Source: an uncultured bacterium (GTDB taxonomy: Bacteria; Babelota; Babeliae; Babelales; Vermiphilaceae). Taken from it: a DNA stretch of 64,000 nucleotides. The stretch lies in the NCBI GenBank assembly GCA_963702025.1, contig OY969699.1:832001-896000 (forward strand), in the 5' to 3' direction. Each line of letters opens with the position of its first letter. Position 1 is the first letter of the stretch. The notes below the pieces were generated by a model that worked only from the letters and a program-made list of their open reading frames with translations, searched no databases and was not told the origin of the DNA. The translations under genes were made by a program, and so were the position numbers. Positions 1 to 9,500 of the stretch are shown here, in pieces.

Positions 1-668
1 TAATGAACTTTTACGGTAGAGCGGCGCGCTGCAGCCTTCAACGTAATGCACAAAACTGCCCGGTTCAGCAATAATCAACGTGCGCTCAAACTGGCCCATG
101 CTTGCCGCGTTGATGCGAAAATATGCCTGCAAAGGCATCTCAATCTGAACACCCTGCGGCACATAAACAAAACTACCACCACTCCAAACGGCAGAATTGA
201 GCGCCGCAAATTTATTGTCGTGGGCCGGAATAATGGTCGCAAAATATTTTTGTACGAGTTCGGGATTATTTTTGAGCGCGGTACTCATATCGGTAAAAAT
301 AACCCCCGCATCCGCCCACCTTTTTTGTAACCGTTTATAAATTACTTCCGATTCAAATTGCGCTCCAACACCCGCGAGAAATTTTTGTTCGGCTTGAGGA
401 ATACCCAGTTTTTCAAAGGTTTTTTTGATCGAATCCGGCACCGTATCCCATGAGTTATGTTGATCCTCCAGTGGGCGTAAATAATAATAAATATCTGCCA
501 TGTCCAAAGCACTTAGATCCGCTCCCCAGTTTGGTAGAGGCAAGCGTTCAAAAGTATCCAGTGCCCGAAGCCGAAAATCGGTCATCCAACCCGGCTCATT
601 TTTTTGCTCTGAAATTTGTTCCACGATGGTGCGGTGCAACCCTTTTTCTACTTTAAAAAAAGGCTCAT
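1..668 (-). CDS. sufB: Fe-S cluster assembly protein SufB (5' part; runs off window edge)
   Basis: Not in the ORF track. Hand translation from ATG at 668 gives [34 protein letters not shown]...[14 protein letters not shown]...[19 protein letters not shown]...GQFERTLII...HYVEGCSAP. It lies directly downstream of sufC. Confidence 0.92.
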
Positions 669-673
669 TTTGA

Positions 674-1420
674 TTATAAGCAGATTCCATCATACCCCCG
701 TTGCTCGATGAGCTGCGCCAGTTCTTTGGTGCCGGTTTTGATGAGTGTTCCTTTTTGCATCACGTGGACAGCATCCGGTTCTAGATAGCAAAGAAGACGT
801 GGATAATGGGTGATGATAATAATGCTCATGTCGGGATCTTCCTGCCGCGCCACTGTGAGTGCCTGGGCAACAATCTTTATTCCATCAACATCGAGCCCCG
901 AATCAATCTCGTCAAGAATTGCAACTTTTGGTTTGAGCATTAAAAGTTGAAGTAGTTCCAAACGCTTTTTCTCGCCGCCCGAAAAACCACAGTTGAGCGC
1001 ACGTTGAGCAAATGATTTATCAATACCCAATAAACCCATTTTTTCATCCAATGTTTTTTGGAACTCCTGCACCGGAAGTGGCTGATTGGTGAGCGCATAA
1101 CAAGATTGTTTAATAAAATTAAAAACCGTTACTCCCGGAATTTCAAAGGGATGCTGAAATGCCAAAAAAAGACCCTTCTGGGCTCGTTTGTCAGGAGCAA
1201 GATCATTAAGGTCCTCACCATTAAAAGTTATTTGCCCCGCATCAATCTGATAATTGGGATGACCCATCAGCGCATAGGCAAAGGTGCTCTTTCCCGAGCC
1301 ATTGGGCCCCATCAAAACATGGAGCGATCCGGGTGCAATCGCCAGATCCAATGAATGAAGAATCTTTTGTTGATCGATAGAGACTGAAAGGCTTGAGATT
1401 TTAATCAATTGATCTCCCAT
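674..1420 (-). CDS. sufC: Fe-S cluster assembly ATPase SufC
   Basis: Walker [17 protein letters not shown], signature FSGGEKKR, Walker [17 protein letters not shown]; adjacent to sufB. Confidence 0.93.
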   Translation of the reverse strand: MGDQLIKISSLSVSIDQQKILHSLDLAIAPGSLHVLMGPNGSGKSTFAYALMGHPNYQIDAGQITFNGEDLNDLAPDKRAQKGLFLAFQHPFEIPGVTVFNFIKQSCYALTNQPLPVQEFQKTLDEKMGLLGIDKSFAQRALNCGFSGGEKKRLELLQLLMLKPKVAILDEIDSGLDVDGIKIVAQALTVARQEDPDMSIIIITHYPRLLCYLEPDAVHVMQKGTLIKTGTKELAQLIEQRGYDGICL

Positions 1421-1770
1421 GGCAACCTTCTTTGTTCATTATATACACCGAATTTGTACCCCGCCACAAATGATACCACCAGTGCCGAAATCGCAGTAGC
1501 AATATAATAACGCTGAAAAAAAGGCACTTGCAAATCAATGATTCTTTCGGTGAGATCTTGCGTTGCCTGAGCATCATTTTTTTGTTTTGCTGCTTTACGC
1601 TCTAATTTCAAGCTCTTAATAGTTTCAGGAGCTGCTTTTTGAGAGCCATCTGTTTGCTCCTTGGTAAAAATGGCCAAGAGTTTTGAAAGAGATGCCAATG
1701 AAGGTTGACTGGCCATGCCAACTAGAGGTATACCAATAAAAAGAAGAAAAACAAAAATATAAGGTTTCAT
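1405..1770 (-). CDS. hypothetical protein with signal peptide and C-terminal TM helix
   Basis: 121-aa ORF with hydrophobic N-terminus and a C-terminal hydrophobic segment; upstream AGGA. Confidence 0.6.
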   Translation of the reverse strand: MKPYIFVFLLFIGIPLVGMASQPSLASLSKLLAIFTKEQTDGSQKAAPETIKSLKLERKAAKQKNDAQATQDLTERIIDLQVPFFQRYYIATAISALVVSFVAGYKFGVYNEQRRLPWEIN

Positions 1771-1853
1771 TTTTTATAATTCCTGACTCAAAAGACAAAA
1801 AAGTGCTTTATTTGTAGTATAAAAGCCTTTTACATAAAATCTAGGAGAGATCT

Positions 1854-2498
1854 ATGAAGAACTATGCCCAACTGCTGATTTTGGCGCCGCTGGCCATACT
1901 CGGGATGGAAAAAAATGCTCCTCTTAAGAGAGTAGATTTTGACCTCACCAATTGCGCAAGTCGTCTTTTGCCCGGTCTTCGTGCAGCAGTACTTTCTGCC
2001 GACGCACAACGATTAGAGCAGCTACTAAAGAATGAGCCACCTTATTTAAATACCCATTTTATTGGCAAAACAAATGGCGAGAAAGAACATACAGAAGATG
2101 AGAGGGAAACACTATTATTGGCAGCAATTACTGATACAAAAGACGACACTTATAAAAAGCAGCGTTTAGAAAATATTGTTGCTAACCTTATAACGCATGG
2201 GGCAGATGTAGATGATTCATCTTCAAGCGGACTCACCCCATTACTCAAAGCAATACTTTACGAGCAACAAGAAATTGCCAAAATCCTTATTGAAAAAAAG
2301 GCAGCAGTTGATAAAGGAACAATCACTATTAACCGCACCCCAATGACACCCTTACAATTGGCAGATAAAATGGGGCAGGCTGAAATTGTAGCATTAATAG
2401 AGGCGCGATTAGCGCATCAGGAGAACAAAAAACTAAAATCGAGAAAATCAAGAAAAACTCTCTGTCTGTTGGAAGCAAAAAGCGCTGCGTTATCTTAA
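1854..2498 (+). CDS. secreted ankyrin-repeat protein
   Basis: Signal peptide followed by MEK; ankyrin motifs LITHGADVD..GLTPLLKA, LIEKKAAVD, MTPLQLA; AGGAG RBS. Confidence 0.82.
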   Translation: MKNYAQLLILAPLAILGMEKNAPLKRVDFDLTNCASRLLPGLRAAVLSADAQRLEQLLKNEPPYLNTHFIGKTNGEKEHTEDERETLLLAAITDTKDDTYKKQRLENIVANLITHGADVDDSSSSGLTPLLKAILYEQQEIAKILIEKKAAVDKGTITINRTPMTPLQLADKMGQAEIVALIEARLAHQENKKLKSRKSRKTLCLLEAKSAALS

Positions 2499-2505
2499 GA
2501 ACTTT

Positions 2506-2901
2506 TTAAGCAATTTGCTTAAGCTCTTCTTCCATTTTTTTTATCTCCTGCGCTAAGATGCTTTCTTTTTCAATTAAGTCTCTTTCGACATCAAACCAAC
2601 ATTTAATTCCGAAAAAAAGCGCAGCTAAAGTTATAGAACTTCTAATTTTATGTGTTTTATCAGCAATACTCGGAGCAGCAATATCTATCGTAAAGACTTC
2701 GATTCCGAAAACTAACCATTGTGCCATTAAGTTTTTCCAAGATTTCCATTTTAGCTTTGTCAATTCCTCTTTAAGCAAAACCTTCTTAGATTTATATTCC
2801 TTGAATAGAGCTTCTTGACTTTTAGGAACTGCATTTAACGATGCAGCAAAAAACAAGCATGCGATTAGTGCAATAATTAAAGAATTTATTTTGATCATCA
2901 T
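2506..2901 (-). CDS. hypothetical membrane protein
   Basis: ORF 2506..2946; start moved to MMIKINS, which gives a signal peptide plus two hydrophobic segments. Confidence 0.55.
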   Translation of the reverse strand: MMIKINSLIIALIACLFFAASLNAVPKSQEALFKEYKSKKVLLKEELTKLKWKSWKNLMAQWLVFGIEVFTIDIAAPSIADKTHKIRSSITLAALFFGIKCWFDVERDLIEKESILAQEIKKMEEELKQIA

Positions 2902-2942
2902 ATAATGCCTTTTAGGTATAGTTAGTAATGGAATAAAACGCT

Positions 2943-3296
2943 TCAATTCTTTAACTCTTGCCCGTATTTAACTATTTCCGTGTGAAAATCATTTAAATGT
3001 GCAATGCATCCCTCATAACGATTAAAATAGTCATGCTTTAGCTCAATGGCTTTTTTAACTAAATCTGCAAAAAGAAACGCTTCACGCCTAGATTTCAAAT
3101 ATTCAGCTATATCTGCATAAACGCCACCAGGACCATATGTATTTTGATCAGTTTCCTTTAGTAATGGCTCTAATTGTGAAGTCAGCCTTATATTCTCTTT
3201 TTCAATTATAGAAAGAATTGCTTCATGAAGAACTCCAAATAATAGGTTTGAGAGTTTCAAAATCATTTTTCTATCACAATCAATCATTACGGACAT
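2943..3296 (-). CDS. hypothetical protein, possibly the 3' part of a disrupted gene
   Basis: 117-aa ORF with no recognised motif; a start-less open frame lies immediately upstream. Confidence 0.4.
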   Translation of the reverse strand: MSVMIDCDRKMILKLSNLLFGVLHEAILSIIEKENIRLTSQLEPLLKETDQNTYGPGGVYADIAEYLKSRREAFLFADLVKKAIELKHDYFNRYEGCIAHLNDFHTEIVKYGQELKN

Positions 3297-3529
3297 AGGT
3301 TTCTCTTTAAAAAAGATTCAATCAATTCAGAAGATTTTTTACTCTGTGATGAATTTTTTGCATCTATAATAATTGTTCTTTCCAAATCTTTTATTGTCAG
3401 TTCATTAAATAGCTTTGTAAATAGCTCTTCACGATCCTTCAATGAAAGATTGGTAACTTGTATTATTATATTCTCAGAAGGATCTTGTTCAAAGGCTCTT
3501 TTTAGGGAATCAATAAATTCCCTTCGTGC

Positions 3530-4696
3530 TTATGCAATTATTCGCGCAAGTTCAGACAAACTAATAATGCCCTGTTCAACTTTAGTAAGGCCATCATCGA
3601 TTAAGGTTTTCATGCCGTCAGCACATGCCTGTGAATATATATCGTCAAACGAGGGATACCGCACAATTAACGAGCGTAGCGAGCTCGTCATGCCAAGAAG
3701 TTGGAATACGCCGACTCTTCCTTTAATGCCAAGACCAAGGCACTGTTGGCATCCTTTGCCTTCAAAGACAGATGTTAATGAGCTATCAAATCTTTTTAAC
3801 AGCTCCCGTTCTTGATCGGTAACGGGCCGTTCAAATTTACATTGAACGCAAATTCTGCGCGCAAGACGTTGGGCCAGAACCCCGGTGAGTGCCGCGTTAA
3901 TTAAAAATGGTTCAATGCCCATATCCATTAATCGCATCACCACGCTGGGCGCATCATTGGTGTGCACGGTGCTGAAGACCAAATGTCCGGTTAATGCCGC
4001 TTCAATTGCCGTGCCGGCCGTGAGTTTATCACGAATCTCGCCGACCATAATAATATCCGGATCCTGGCGCAACAATGAGCGAATACCCTTTTCAAAGGTA
4101 AAACCTGCTTCCGGGTGAATTTGGGATTGGGTAACATTCGCCACACAATATTCTACCGGATCCTCAAGAGTGATAATATTTTTATCTGATTTGTTAACCG
4201 CATTTAACGCGGCATACAACGTGGTTGTTTTACCAGAACCGGTGGGCCCGGAAACGAGAAAGAAGCCACTTGGTTTGGCAATAAGCGCAGCAATCTGTTC
4301 TTTCATTTCCTCTTGGAACCCAAGATTTTCAAGAGATAGAGTGTACATGGCGCGATCAAGAATGCGCACCACAATTTTTTCACCGTACATGGTGGGAAAC
4401 GTTGAAACCCGCAAATCAATCTCACGCTCACCACATATAATGCGAAATTTGCCATCTTGCGGCACCCGTTTTTCGGTAATATTAATATTGGCAAGTACTT
4501 TAAGACGAGTAAGAAATTGTTGCATAACCGCGGTATTGAGAGTCTGGTGATCATATAAAACACCATCAATACGAAGTCGAACGCGTAAATGATCCGGTGT
4601 CGGTTCAAAATGAATGTCGGATGCCGCTTGGGTGACCGCCTGAGAAAGAACCGTATCAACCATGCCAATAATTGGAAAATCTTGTTCGATCTGCAT
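3530..4696 (-). CDS. pilB: type IV pilus/T2SS assembly ATPase (PilB/GspE family), ATPase portion
   Basis: ASDIHFEP, RIDGVL, PQDG, Walker A GPTGSGKTT, TLEDPVE, LRQDPDIIMVGEIRD, TGHLVFSTVH, two CxxC pairs. Confidence 0.9.
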   Translation of the reverse strand: MQIEQDFPIIGMVDTVLSQAVTQAASDIHFEPTPDHLRVRLRIDGVLYDHQTLNTAVMQQFLTRLKVLANINITEKRVPQDGKFRIICGEREIDLRVSTFPTMYGEKIVVRILDRAMYTLSLENLGFQEEMKEQIAALIAKPSGFFLVSGPTGSGKTTTLYAALNAVNKSDKNIITLEDPVEYCVANVTQSQIHPEAGFTFEKGIRSLLRQDPDIIMVGEIRDKLTAGTAIEAALTGHLVFSTVHTNDAPSVVMRLMDMGIEPFLINAALTGVLAQRLARRICVQCKFERPVTDQERELLKRFDSSLTSVFEGKGCQQCLGLGIKGRVGVFQLLGMTSSLRSLIVRYPSFDDIYSQACADGMKTLIDDGLTKVEQGIISLSELARIIA

Positions 4697-5271
4697 TATT
4701 CTTCCTCACCCAAATCTTCTTCGACGGTAGGAAACTCTTCATCTTCATGAATTAGTTCATGATAGCGTTCTTTTTCTTCCAACTGTTCTTCCGTATAGTC
4801 TTGTTCATCCAGCAGATCCGTTGGTGATTTATCATAATATTCTTTGACCGCATCAGTAATATCGATGCTCAATCCAACATTGAACCGAATATCCTCTGAG
4901 GTGTAGGCACCCAAGGCCGGTAATAGATCGGGATTATCCGGCTCACTGGCAACAATAACGAGTATATCATCTTCCATTTCTAACGGAATAATTCTGTTTC
5001 TGAGTAGAAAATCTTTAGGAAAATTACGGAGTAACAAAGTGTCAAAAAAATATCCGGTGACATCAACGGCCGGCACTTGATAATGTTCTCCCAATGCCTT
5101 TAAGAGATCCTCTTCATCAACTAAGCCTTCTGAAAGTAAAAAATCATCAAAATTTTCTTTTGCCGAATTTTTAAATGAACGTTGCAATGCACGTGCTTCT
5201 GCTTCACTAATCACTTTATGCTGAACTAAAATGGCACTAATTGCTTGAGCAAATGACTCTCTCTTTTCCAT
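4696..5271 (-). CDS. stand-alone PilB/GspE N-terminal (MshEN-like + N1) domain protein
   Basis: ILVQHKVIS...FLLSEGLVDEEDLLKALGEHYQVPAVDV...IIPLE...VIVASEP resembles the PilB N-terminus; its stop overlaps the pilB start (TAATG). Confidence 0.75.
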   Translation of the reverse strand: MEKRESFAQAISAILVQHKVISEAEARALQRSFKNSAKENFDDFLLSEGLVDEEDLLKALGEHYQVPAVDVTGYFFDTLLLRNFPKDFLLRNRIIPLEMEDDILVIVASEPDNPDLLPALGAYTSEDIRFNVGLSIDITDAVKEYYDKSPTDLLDEQDYTEEQLEEKERYHELIHEDEEFPTVEEDLGEEE

Positions 5272-5285
5272 AGCTCATCCCTTTT

Positions 5286-5681
5286 TTAGCTAACCTTGGC
5301 ACCAAAGCAAAAACCGATAATAAAACTGAAGATAATAAGTAGATTTTCTTTTGCCCATTGCCAGAGCATGCTTATCACATCAGGGTCCGAAGCAACCGGG
5401 CGAATGCCGCAACAATCTTGGATCTTTACCCAGTTAATAGTTACCGTAATTATTTCAAGTTGATTCAGAAGAATCAGTAATGCAATAAAAAAAATGCTCG
5501 CAATCACATAGTTTGCATATCGTTTCCATAAGAATCCGATAAAAAACCCGATGCCAAAAAACAGCGCCATATCTAATAACTTATGGCTGGATATGTTCAA
5601 CTTTTCCGCTAATTGATCGAATTGCAATGAATTTTTTAATTTATCGAACCACCCTGTTTCGACATTGTTCGCTCCTACCAT
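5286..5681 (-). CDS. FUN14-like membrane protein
   Basis: GIGFFIGFLWKR...TM...ITINWVKI...FIIGFCFG pattern typical of the FUN14 family. Confidence 0.55.
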   Translation of the reverse strand: MVGANNVETGWFDKLKNSLQFDQLAEKLNISSHKLLDMALFFGIGFFIGFLWKRYANYVIASIFFIALLILLNQLEIITVTINWVKIQDCCGIRPVASDPDVISMLWQWAKENLLIIFSFIIGFCFGAKVS

Positions 5682-5926
5682 TGCACTCTCCTTTTATCCT
5701 TTTTATTATTCTCAAAATACTCTCACGAATGCCCATACCAATACCATGATGAAAGAATTGCACGGTTCGAGTATACTGATCTCTCCTACGCGGGTGCAAT
5801 AATGAAGCAAAACTCGTTGCCCGGCCTACGTTTATCCGGGCCTTCAGGCTCGGTAAACTTCGGCGGGTATTCTCTCCCGCTATTCACCAAACTTAGAATG
5901 ACTTGCTACTTTTGGCGACAGAGAAT

Positions 5927-5957
5927 AAAAAAGGCACCAATTTCTTGGTGCCTTTTT
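5927..5957 (-). terminator. rho-independent terminator after HU (bidirectional form)
   Basis: aaaaaaggcaccaa-tttc-ttggtgccttttt perfect stem flanked by A and T tracts. Confidence 0.85.
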
Positions 5958-5979
5958 GGAATATTCTAAAATAGATTGT

Positions 5980-6252
5980 TTACTTAACAACCGATTTTAA
6001 TGCTTTTCCTGCGCGGAATTTAGGAACTCGTTTAGCAGGAATTTGCATTTTCTTACCAGTTGCAGGATTTACGCCCACTCTGCTTTTTCTTTTCATAACG
6101 GTGAATGTACCAAAACCGGTTAAAACGACATCTTTATTTTGTTTTAAAGCACCGCTCACTGATGAAATAAAAGCTTCTAAAGCTTCTTTACAGTGAGATT
6201 TTGACATTTTGGTCATTTTAGCCATGCTTTCAACTAATTTTGCTTTGTTCAT
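5980..6252 (-). CDS. hup: DNA-binding protein HU
   Basis: MNKAKLV...VLTGFGTF...RVGVNPATGKKMQIPAKRVPKFRAGKALK. Confidence 0.95.
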   Translation of the reverse strand: MNKAKLVESMAKMTKMSKSHCKEALEAFISSVSGALKQNKDVVLTGFGTFTVMKRKSRVGVNPATGKKMQIPAKRVPKFRAGKALKSVVK

Positions 6253-6499
6253 GAAAAGTTCCTTATATTTTTAATTTTTTGTTTCTTACAATTTTTGCCA
6301 ACAAAAACTAATACTAGTTTGTACATTATTAAGAGAAAAAAAAATGTCAAGTTTTTTTAACTTAATAGAGGTAAAAAAATTTTTTGCTCCAGAGTTTACT
6401 CTCGCATTGCGCCATAGCCATTTGCCGCTTTAACCTTCGAAGACTAAAGCCCTACTTCGCTGCCTAAGCAGCTATGAAGAGCAGGCCGGCTTTTGGCAA

Positions 6500-6674
6500 G
6501 CGGAGTTTATCCTGAGCTTAGTCGAAGGGACGGACAGCCTCCGCATTTTTCTAGTAAAATTTTTTGTTCTACCTTATTAAGCTGCGCAGCCAGGCCCTTC
6601 GATGCTTCGCCTGTCCTCAGCACAGGCGGACACGTTTACTCCTGAGCTTGCCGAAGGGTCAGGATAAACTCCGC
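6500..6674. repeat. REP-like palindromic composite
   Basis: Perfect 16-bp inverted ends gcggagtttatcctga / tcaggataaactccgc with cctgagcttN1-2(t/c)cgaaggg modules; related to 62659..62690. Confidence 0.75.
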
Positions 6675-6691
6675 TTTTTAATGAAATTATA

Positions 6692-6805
6692 CCTTAACTG
6701 GCGCTAGCCAGGTGTCCTTCGAGACGCAGCTTGCGCTGCTCCTCAGGATGACCGGAAGGACGCGCTTACTCCCGAGCGAAGTCGAGGGGTTGCCGAGCCG
6801 GAAGG
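6692..6805. repeat. ~115-bp direct repeat, copy 1 (3' of tRNA-Leu)
   Basis: ccttaactggcg...ccttcgagacgcagctt..ctcctcaggatgaccggaag...gccgagccggaagg, nearly identical to 6942..7057. Confidence 0.9.
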
Positions 6806-6822
6806 CCCGGATAAGCGTAGCC

Positions 6823-6908
6823 TGGTGCCGAGAGCCGGACTCGAACCGGCACGGGCAAAACCCGAAGGATTTTAAGTCCTTTGCGTCTACCAATTCCGCC
6901 ATCCCGGC
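6823..6908 (-). tRNA. tRNA-Leu(TAA)
   Basis: Reverse complement GCCGGGATGGCGGAATTGGTAGACGCAAAGGACT-TAA-AATCCTTCGGGTTTTGCCCGTGCCGGTTCGAGTCCGGCTCTCGGCACCA; long variable arm, encoded CCA. Confidence 0.96.
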
Positions 6909-6941
6909 ACACTAATATATTTCAAAGTCAAAAAATTTATT

Positions 6942-7057
6942 CCTTAACTGGCGACAGCCAGGCGTCCTTCGAGACGCAGCTTCCGCTGCTCCTCAGGATG
7001 ACCGGAAGAACGCGTTTACTCCCGAGCGAAGTCGAGGGGGTTTGCCGAGCCGGAAGG
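6942..7057. repeat. ~115-bp direct repeat, copy 2 (between tRNA-Cys and tRNA-Leu)
   Basis: Near-identical to 6692..6805. Confidence 0.9.
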
Positions 7058-7168
7058 ACAAAGAGCAGGCCATGCAGCCCTACTTCGCTTAGTGCTATGG
7101 ATGTCAAAATTATAATTAAGTCAATCCTTTAAAGAAGCTGGCCTACCATACGAAGCCTTGGCGAAGTA

Positions 7169-7242
7169 TGGAGGCGGCACCCGGACTCGAACCGGGGATC
7201 AAGGTTTTGCAGACCCATGCCTTACCACTTGGCTATGCCGCC
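7169..7242 (-). tRNA. tRNA-Cys(GCA)
   Basis: Reverse complement GGCGGCATAGCCAAGTGGTAAGGCATGGGTCT-GCA-AAACCTTGATCCCCGGTTCGAGTCCGGGTGCCGCCTCCA. Confidence 0.96.
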
Positions 7243-7258
7243 GCTTTTTTTCAAGAGT

Positions 7259-7774
7259 CTACTGAGCTAATATACCATTTATTTTCAATTTTTCACGTAA
7301 TTCTTCGGCTGAAAGAGTCGGTACGGATGAAGGCGCTTCATGTTTCTCATTTGGCGCATTTAAATACCCTGCTTGGCATACACCGCGTACCGGGAATTTA
7401 CCTTTGCCTTCTTCCGCTAAACCAAGCTGACGCCACTCTGCGGTGCCGCCTTCATAAGCCCATACTTTTTCAAAGCCCATTTGCTTCAGTTTTTCCGCAG
7501 ATGCGCCGCTTGCGGTGCACATGTAATTGGCGCAGTAGAAGACCACTTCAGCATCCTTATCAAGACCTTGTGCAAATTTTTCAACATCCTCAAATGGCAC
7601 GTTAATCGAACCCTCAATATTACAATCATCAAACGCACTTTTATCAAGAACGTTTACCAAGTAAAACTTTGGCTTTTGTTCTGACTTTTTCCCAAAGGGC
7701 CAACAGGCGGGAAGAAAAGGCAACGAGAGTAACGAAAAAACTGCTAATAGGAATTGCTTACTATTTAATATCAT
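7259..7774 (-). CDS. rhodanese-like domain protein, probable lipoprotein
   Basis: LPAC lipobox-like motif; NIEGSINVP, VVFYCANYMCTAS, GFEKVWAYEGGTAEW. Confidence 0.8.
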   Translation of the reverse strand: MILNSKQFLLAVFSLLSLPFLPACWPFGKKSEQKPKFYLVNVLDKSAFDDCNIEGSINVPFEDVEKFAQGLDKDAEVVFYCANYMCTASGASAEKLKQMGFEKVWAYEGGTAEWRQLGLAEEGKGKFPVRGVCQAGYLNAPNEKHEAPSSVPTLSAEELREKLKINGILAQ

Positions 7775-7866
7775 TTCTTAACTCAATTTTTAAAGTTGAT
7801 AATACTGTACCACAAATATTGTAATCTGCAATGGCTTCTATTGCTGCACCTACCTTTGTTCTAAGA

Positions 7867-8850
7867 TTAATAAATCCATTGGAAGAAACGGCTCCAACGT
7901 ATACGTGTCCAAAAATCGATCGGATGCTTGAGAAGGTCAATAATAATCCAATCATCATCGCTATCAATTGAAAGTATTCTAAATAGAATTCTGCCATGAA
8001 TTAATCGGCCATCAATAGGTCCAAACACACGGCTATCGGCACTGTTTAATCTATTGTCACCCATCAACCAGTATTGATTATCACCAAGCTTCACTCTAAA
8101 AACATCTGAGCGGTCCCAGTAGTTTTTATCCTCGGGCGCTTGATTGGCGCCAAGCTTTGATTCTTCGGTGATGGTACCCGGATAGGCAAGATCCGGATTG
8201 CCATTTGCATCACGCGCTATTAGTGATTCTTGAATACGATAGAATGGCTGATCCTGATATGAAACGGCCGGATCATATGATTTTCTTACAATATTGCGCG
8301 CTATTGAACCATTAAAATATTCTTCAAATTGCTGCGGCGTTAACTTGTTTTGCGATATTAATGAAAGCGCTTCGCTTTGTGCACTTTTTGCTAATAATTT
8401 TGGGTCTTTGCGCCATACGGTAATGAGCGGATACTTATTTAAGTATGGTTCATCCAACTTTTGACCGTTAATATAGATAACCGGCTTACCCTCTTCTATC
8501 TTGCCTTCAACAAGATCTCCCGGCACACCAATAATACGTTTGGTTAAATTTTGCGGACCCCACACATATTCTTCAAATAATCTTTTGAAGGTATTATCCG
8601 AATATTTAAATAATGGACTATTGAGTGAAATCACATGGCCCCGTTGCGGTTTACTAAAAAGATACGTGAATTTATCCGCAAAAAATCGTTCCCCTACAAG
8701 CATTGTTGTTTCCATCGAACCGGTAGGCACTTGATATAAGCCAAATATAAAAGTTCTTATAAGAAATACCACGAGCAAAACAAATGCTATTTGTTTCACC
8801 TCAGCTAAAAATCCGGATTGCTTTTTTTGTGATTTAGAAAAGAAAGTCAT
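7867..8850 (-). CDS. lepB: signal peptidase I
   Basis: VPTGSMETTM (Ser), TKRIIGVPGD (Lys), MGDNRLNSADSRVFG. Confidence 0.93.
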   Translation of the reverse strand: MTFFSKSQKKQSGFLAEVKQIAFVLLVVFLIRTFIFGLYQVPTGSMETTMLVGERFFADKFTYLFSKPQRGHVISLNSPLFKYSDNTFKRLFEEYVWGPQNLTKRIIGVPGDLVEGKIEEGKPVIYINGQKLDEPYLNKYPLITVWRKDPKLLAKSAQSEALSLISQNKLTPQQFEEYFNGSIARNIVRKSYDPAVSYQDQPFYRIQESLIARDANGNPDLAYPGTITEESKLGANQAPEDKNYWDRSDVFRVKLGDNQYWLMGDNRLNSADSRVFGPIDGRLIHGRILFRILSIDSDDDWIIIDLLKHPIDFWTRIRWSRFFQWIY

Positions 8851-8985
8851 AATAAAAAATCCTAGTTAGAGACATTTTTTCTTTTTGCCAACCCTGATAG
8901 TGTACCATTCCTTTATCTTTCTATCTAGATGAGGTATATCAAAAACTATAGCGTCTTTAATAGTATCGATTTTAAAAGGAGTCCT

Positions 8986-9495
8986 ATGAAAAGATTAGCC
9001 TTTATCGTCTGTTTTTTTATTAGCAACACATTGACCATGGAAGAAAAGATAAATCAGCTTTCAATAAGCCAGACAATTCATGGTATAAAGGAACAACTGC
9101 AACCAGCATCCAGCAAGCCTGCTCAGCACTCGCAACCCCAAACCAGCAAGGCAGAAGAGTTCCACTCGAAATTTAATAAGATACTCGATGCTTTAGCACT
9201 TCAATTAGCAGCTATTGACGATACTGGTTTTTTAATAGAAGTGAATAGTTTGGTGGCAAAGCACGAAACACAACTAGGTGAATTAGAAAAACAAAACAAT
9301 GAACTGCTAAAAAAATTAGAGATAGTCGAAACGGAAAACAAAGATCTTACCGCAAGTAATGAGCTATGCAAAGCAGTTGCAAAAACACTATTTGCGAGAA
9401 TCAGTGAGTTAACGGTACAAAATCAGCAATTGCTCAAAGAGGCAGCAGAATTAAAAACTGAAAATGAGAATTTGCATTTTCTACGCAATATATAA
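8986..9495 (+). CDS. secreted coiled-coil hypothetical protein
   Basis: AAGGAG RBS before ATG 8986; signal peptide followed by MEE; heptad-rich C-terminus. Confidence 0.65.
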   Translation: MKRLAFIVCFFISNTLTMEEKINQLSISQTIHGIKEQLQPASSKPAQHSQPQTSKAEEFHSKFNKILDALALQLAAIDDTGFLIEVNSLVAKHETQLGELEKQNNELLKKLEIVETENKDLTASNELCKAVAKTLFARISELTVQNQQLLKEAAELKTENENLHFLRNI

Positions 9496-9500
9496 CTGCG

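Noticed and set aside
46..656. Plus-strand ORFs 46..330 and 450..656
   Set aside because: Antisense shadows of sufB.
1..668. Intein or intron in sufB
   Set aside because: The visible part is colinear with ordinary SufB and has no insertion; the rest lies outside the window.
5755..5900. Possible riboswitch or ncRNA (GGGAGAG..CCGAAG, glycine-riboswitch-like) upstream of the FUN14-like gene
   Set aside because: The downstream CTCTCAGG core is missing, and the central part is an inverted copy of the repeat module at 6793..6820, so repeat DNA explains it.
6823..7242. tRNA-anchored genomic island
   Set aside because: No duplicated tRNA 3' end or adjacent integrase was seen; the flanks are housekeeping genes.
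6687..7605. ORFs 6687..6902, 6712..6915, 6881..7132 and 7168..7605
   Set aside because: They are translations of tRNA genes, palindromic repeats or the antisense strand of the rhodanese gene.
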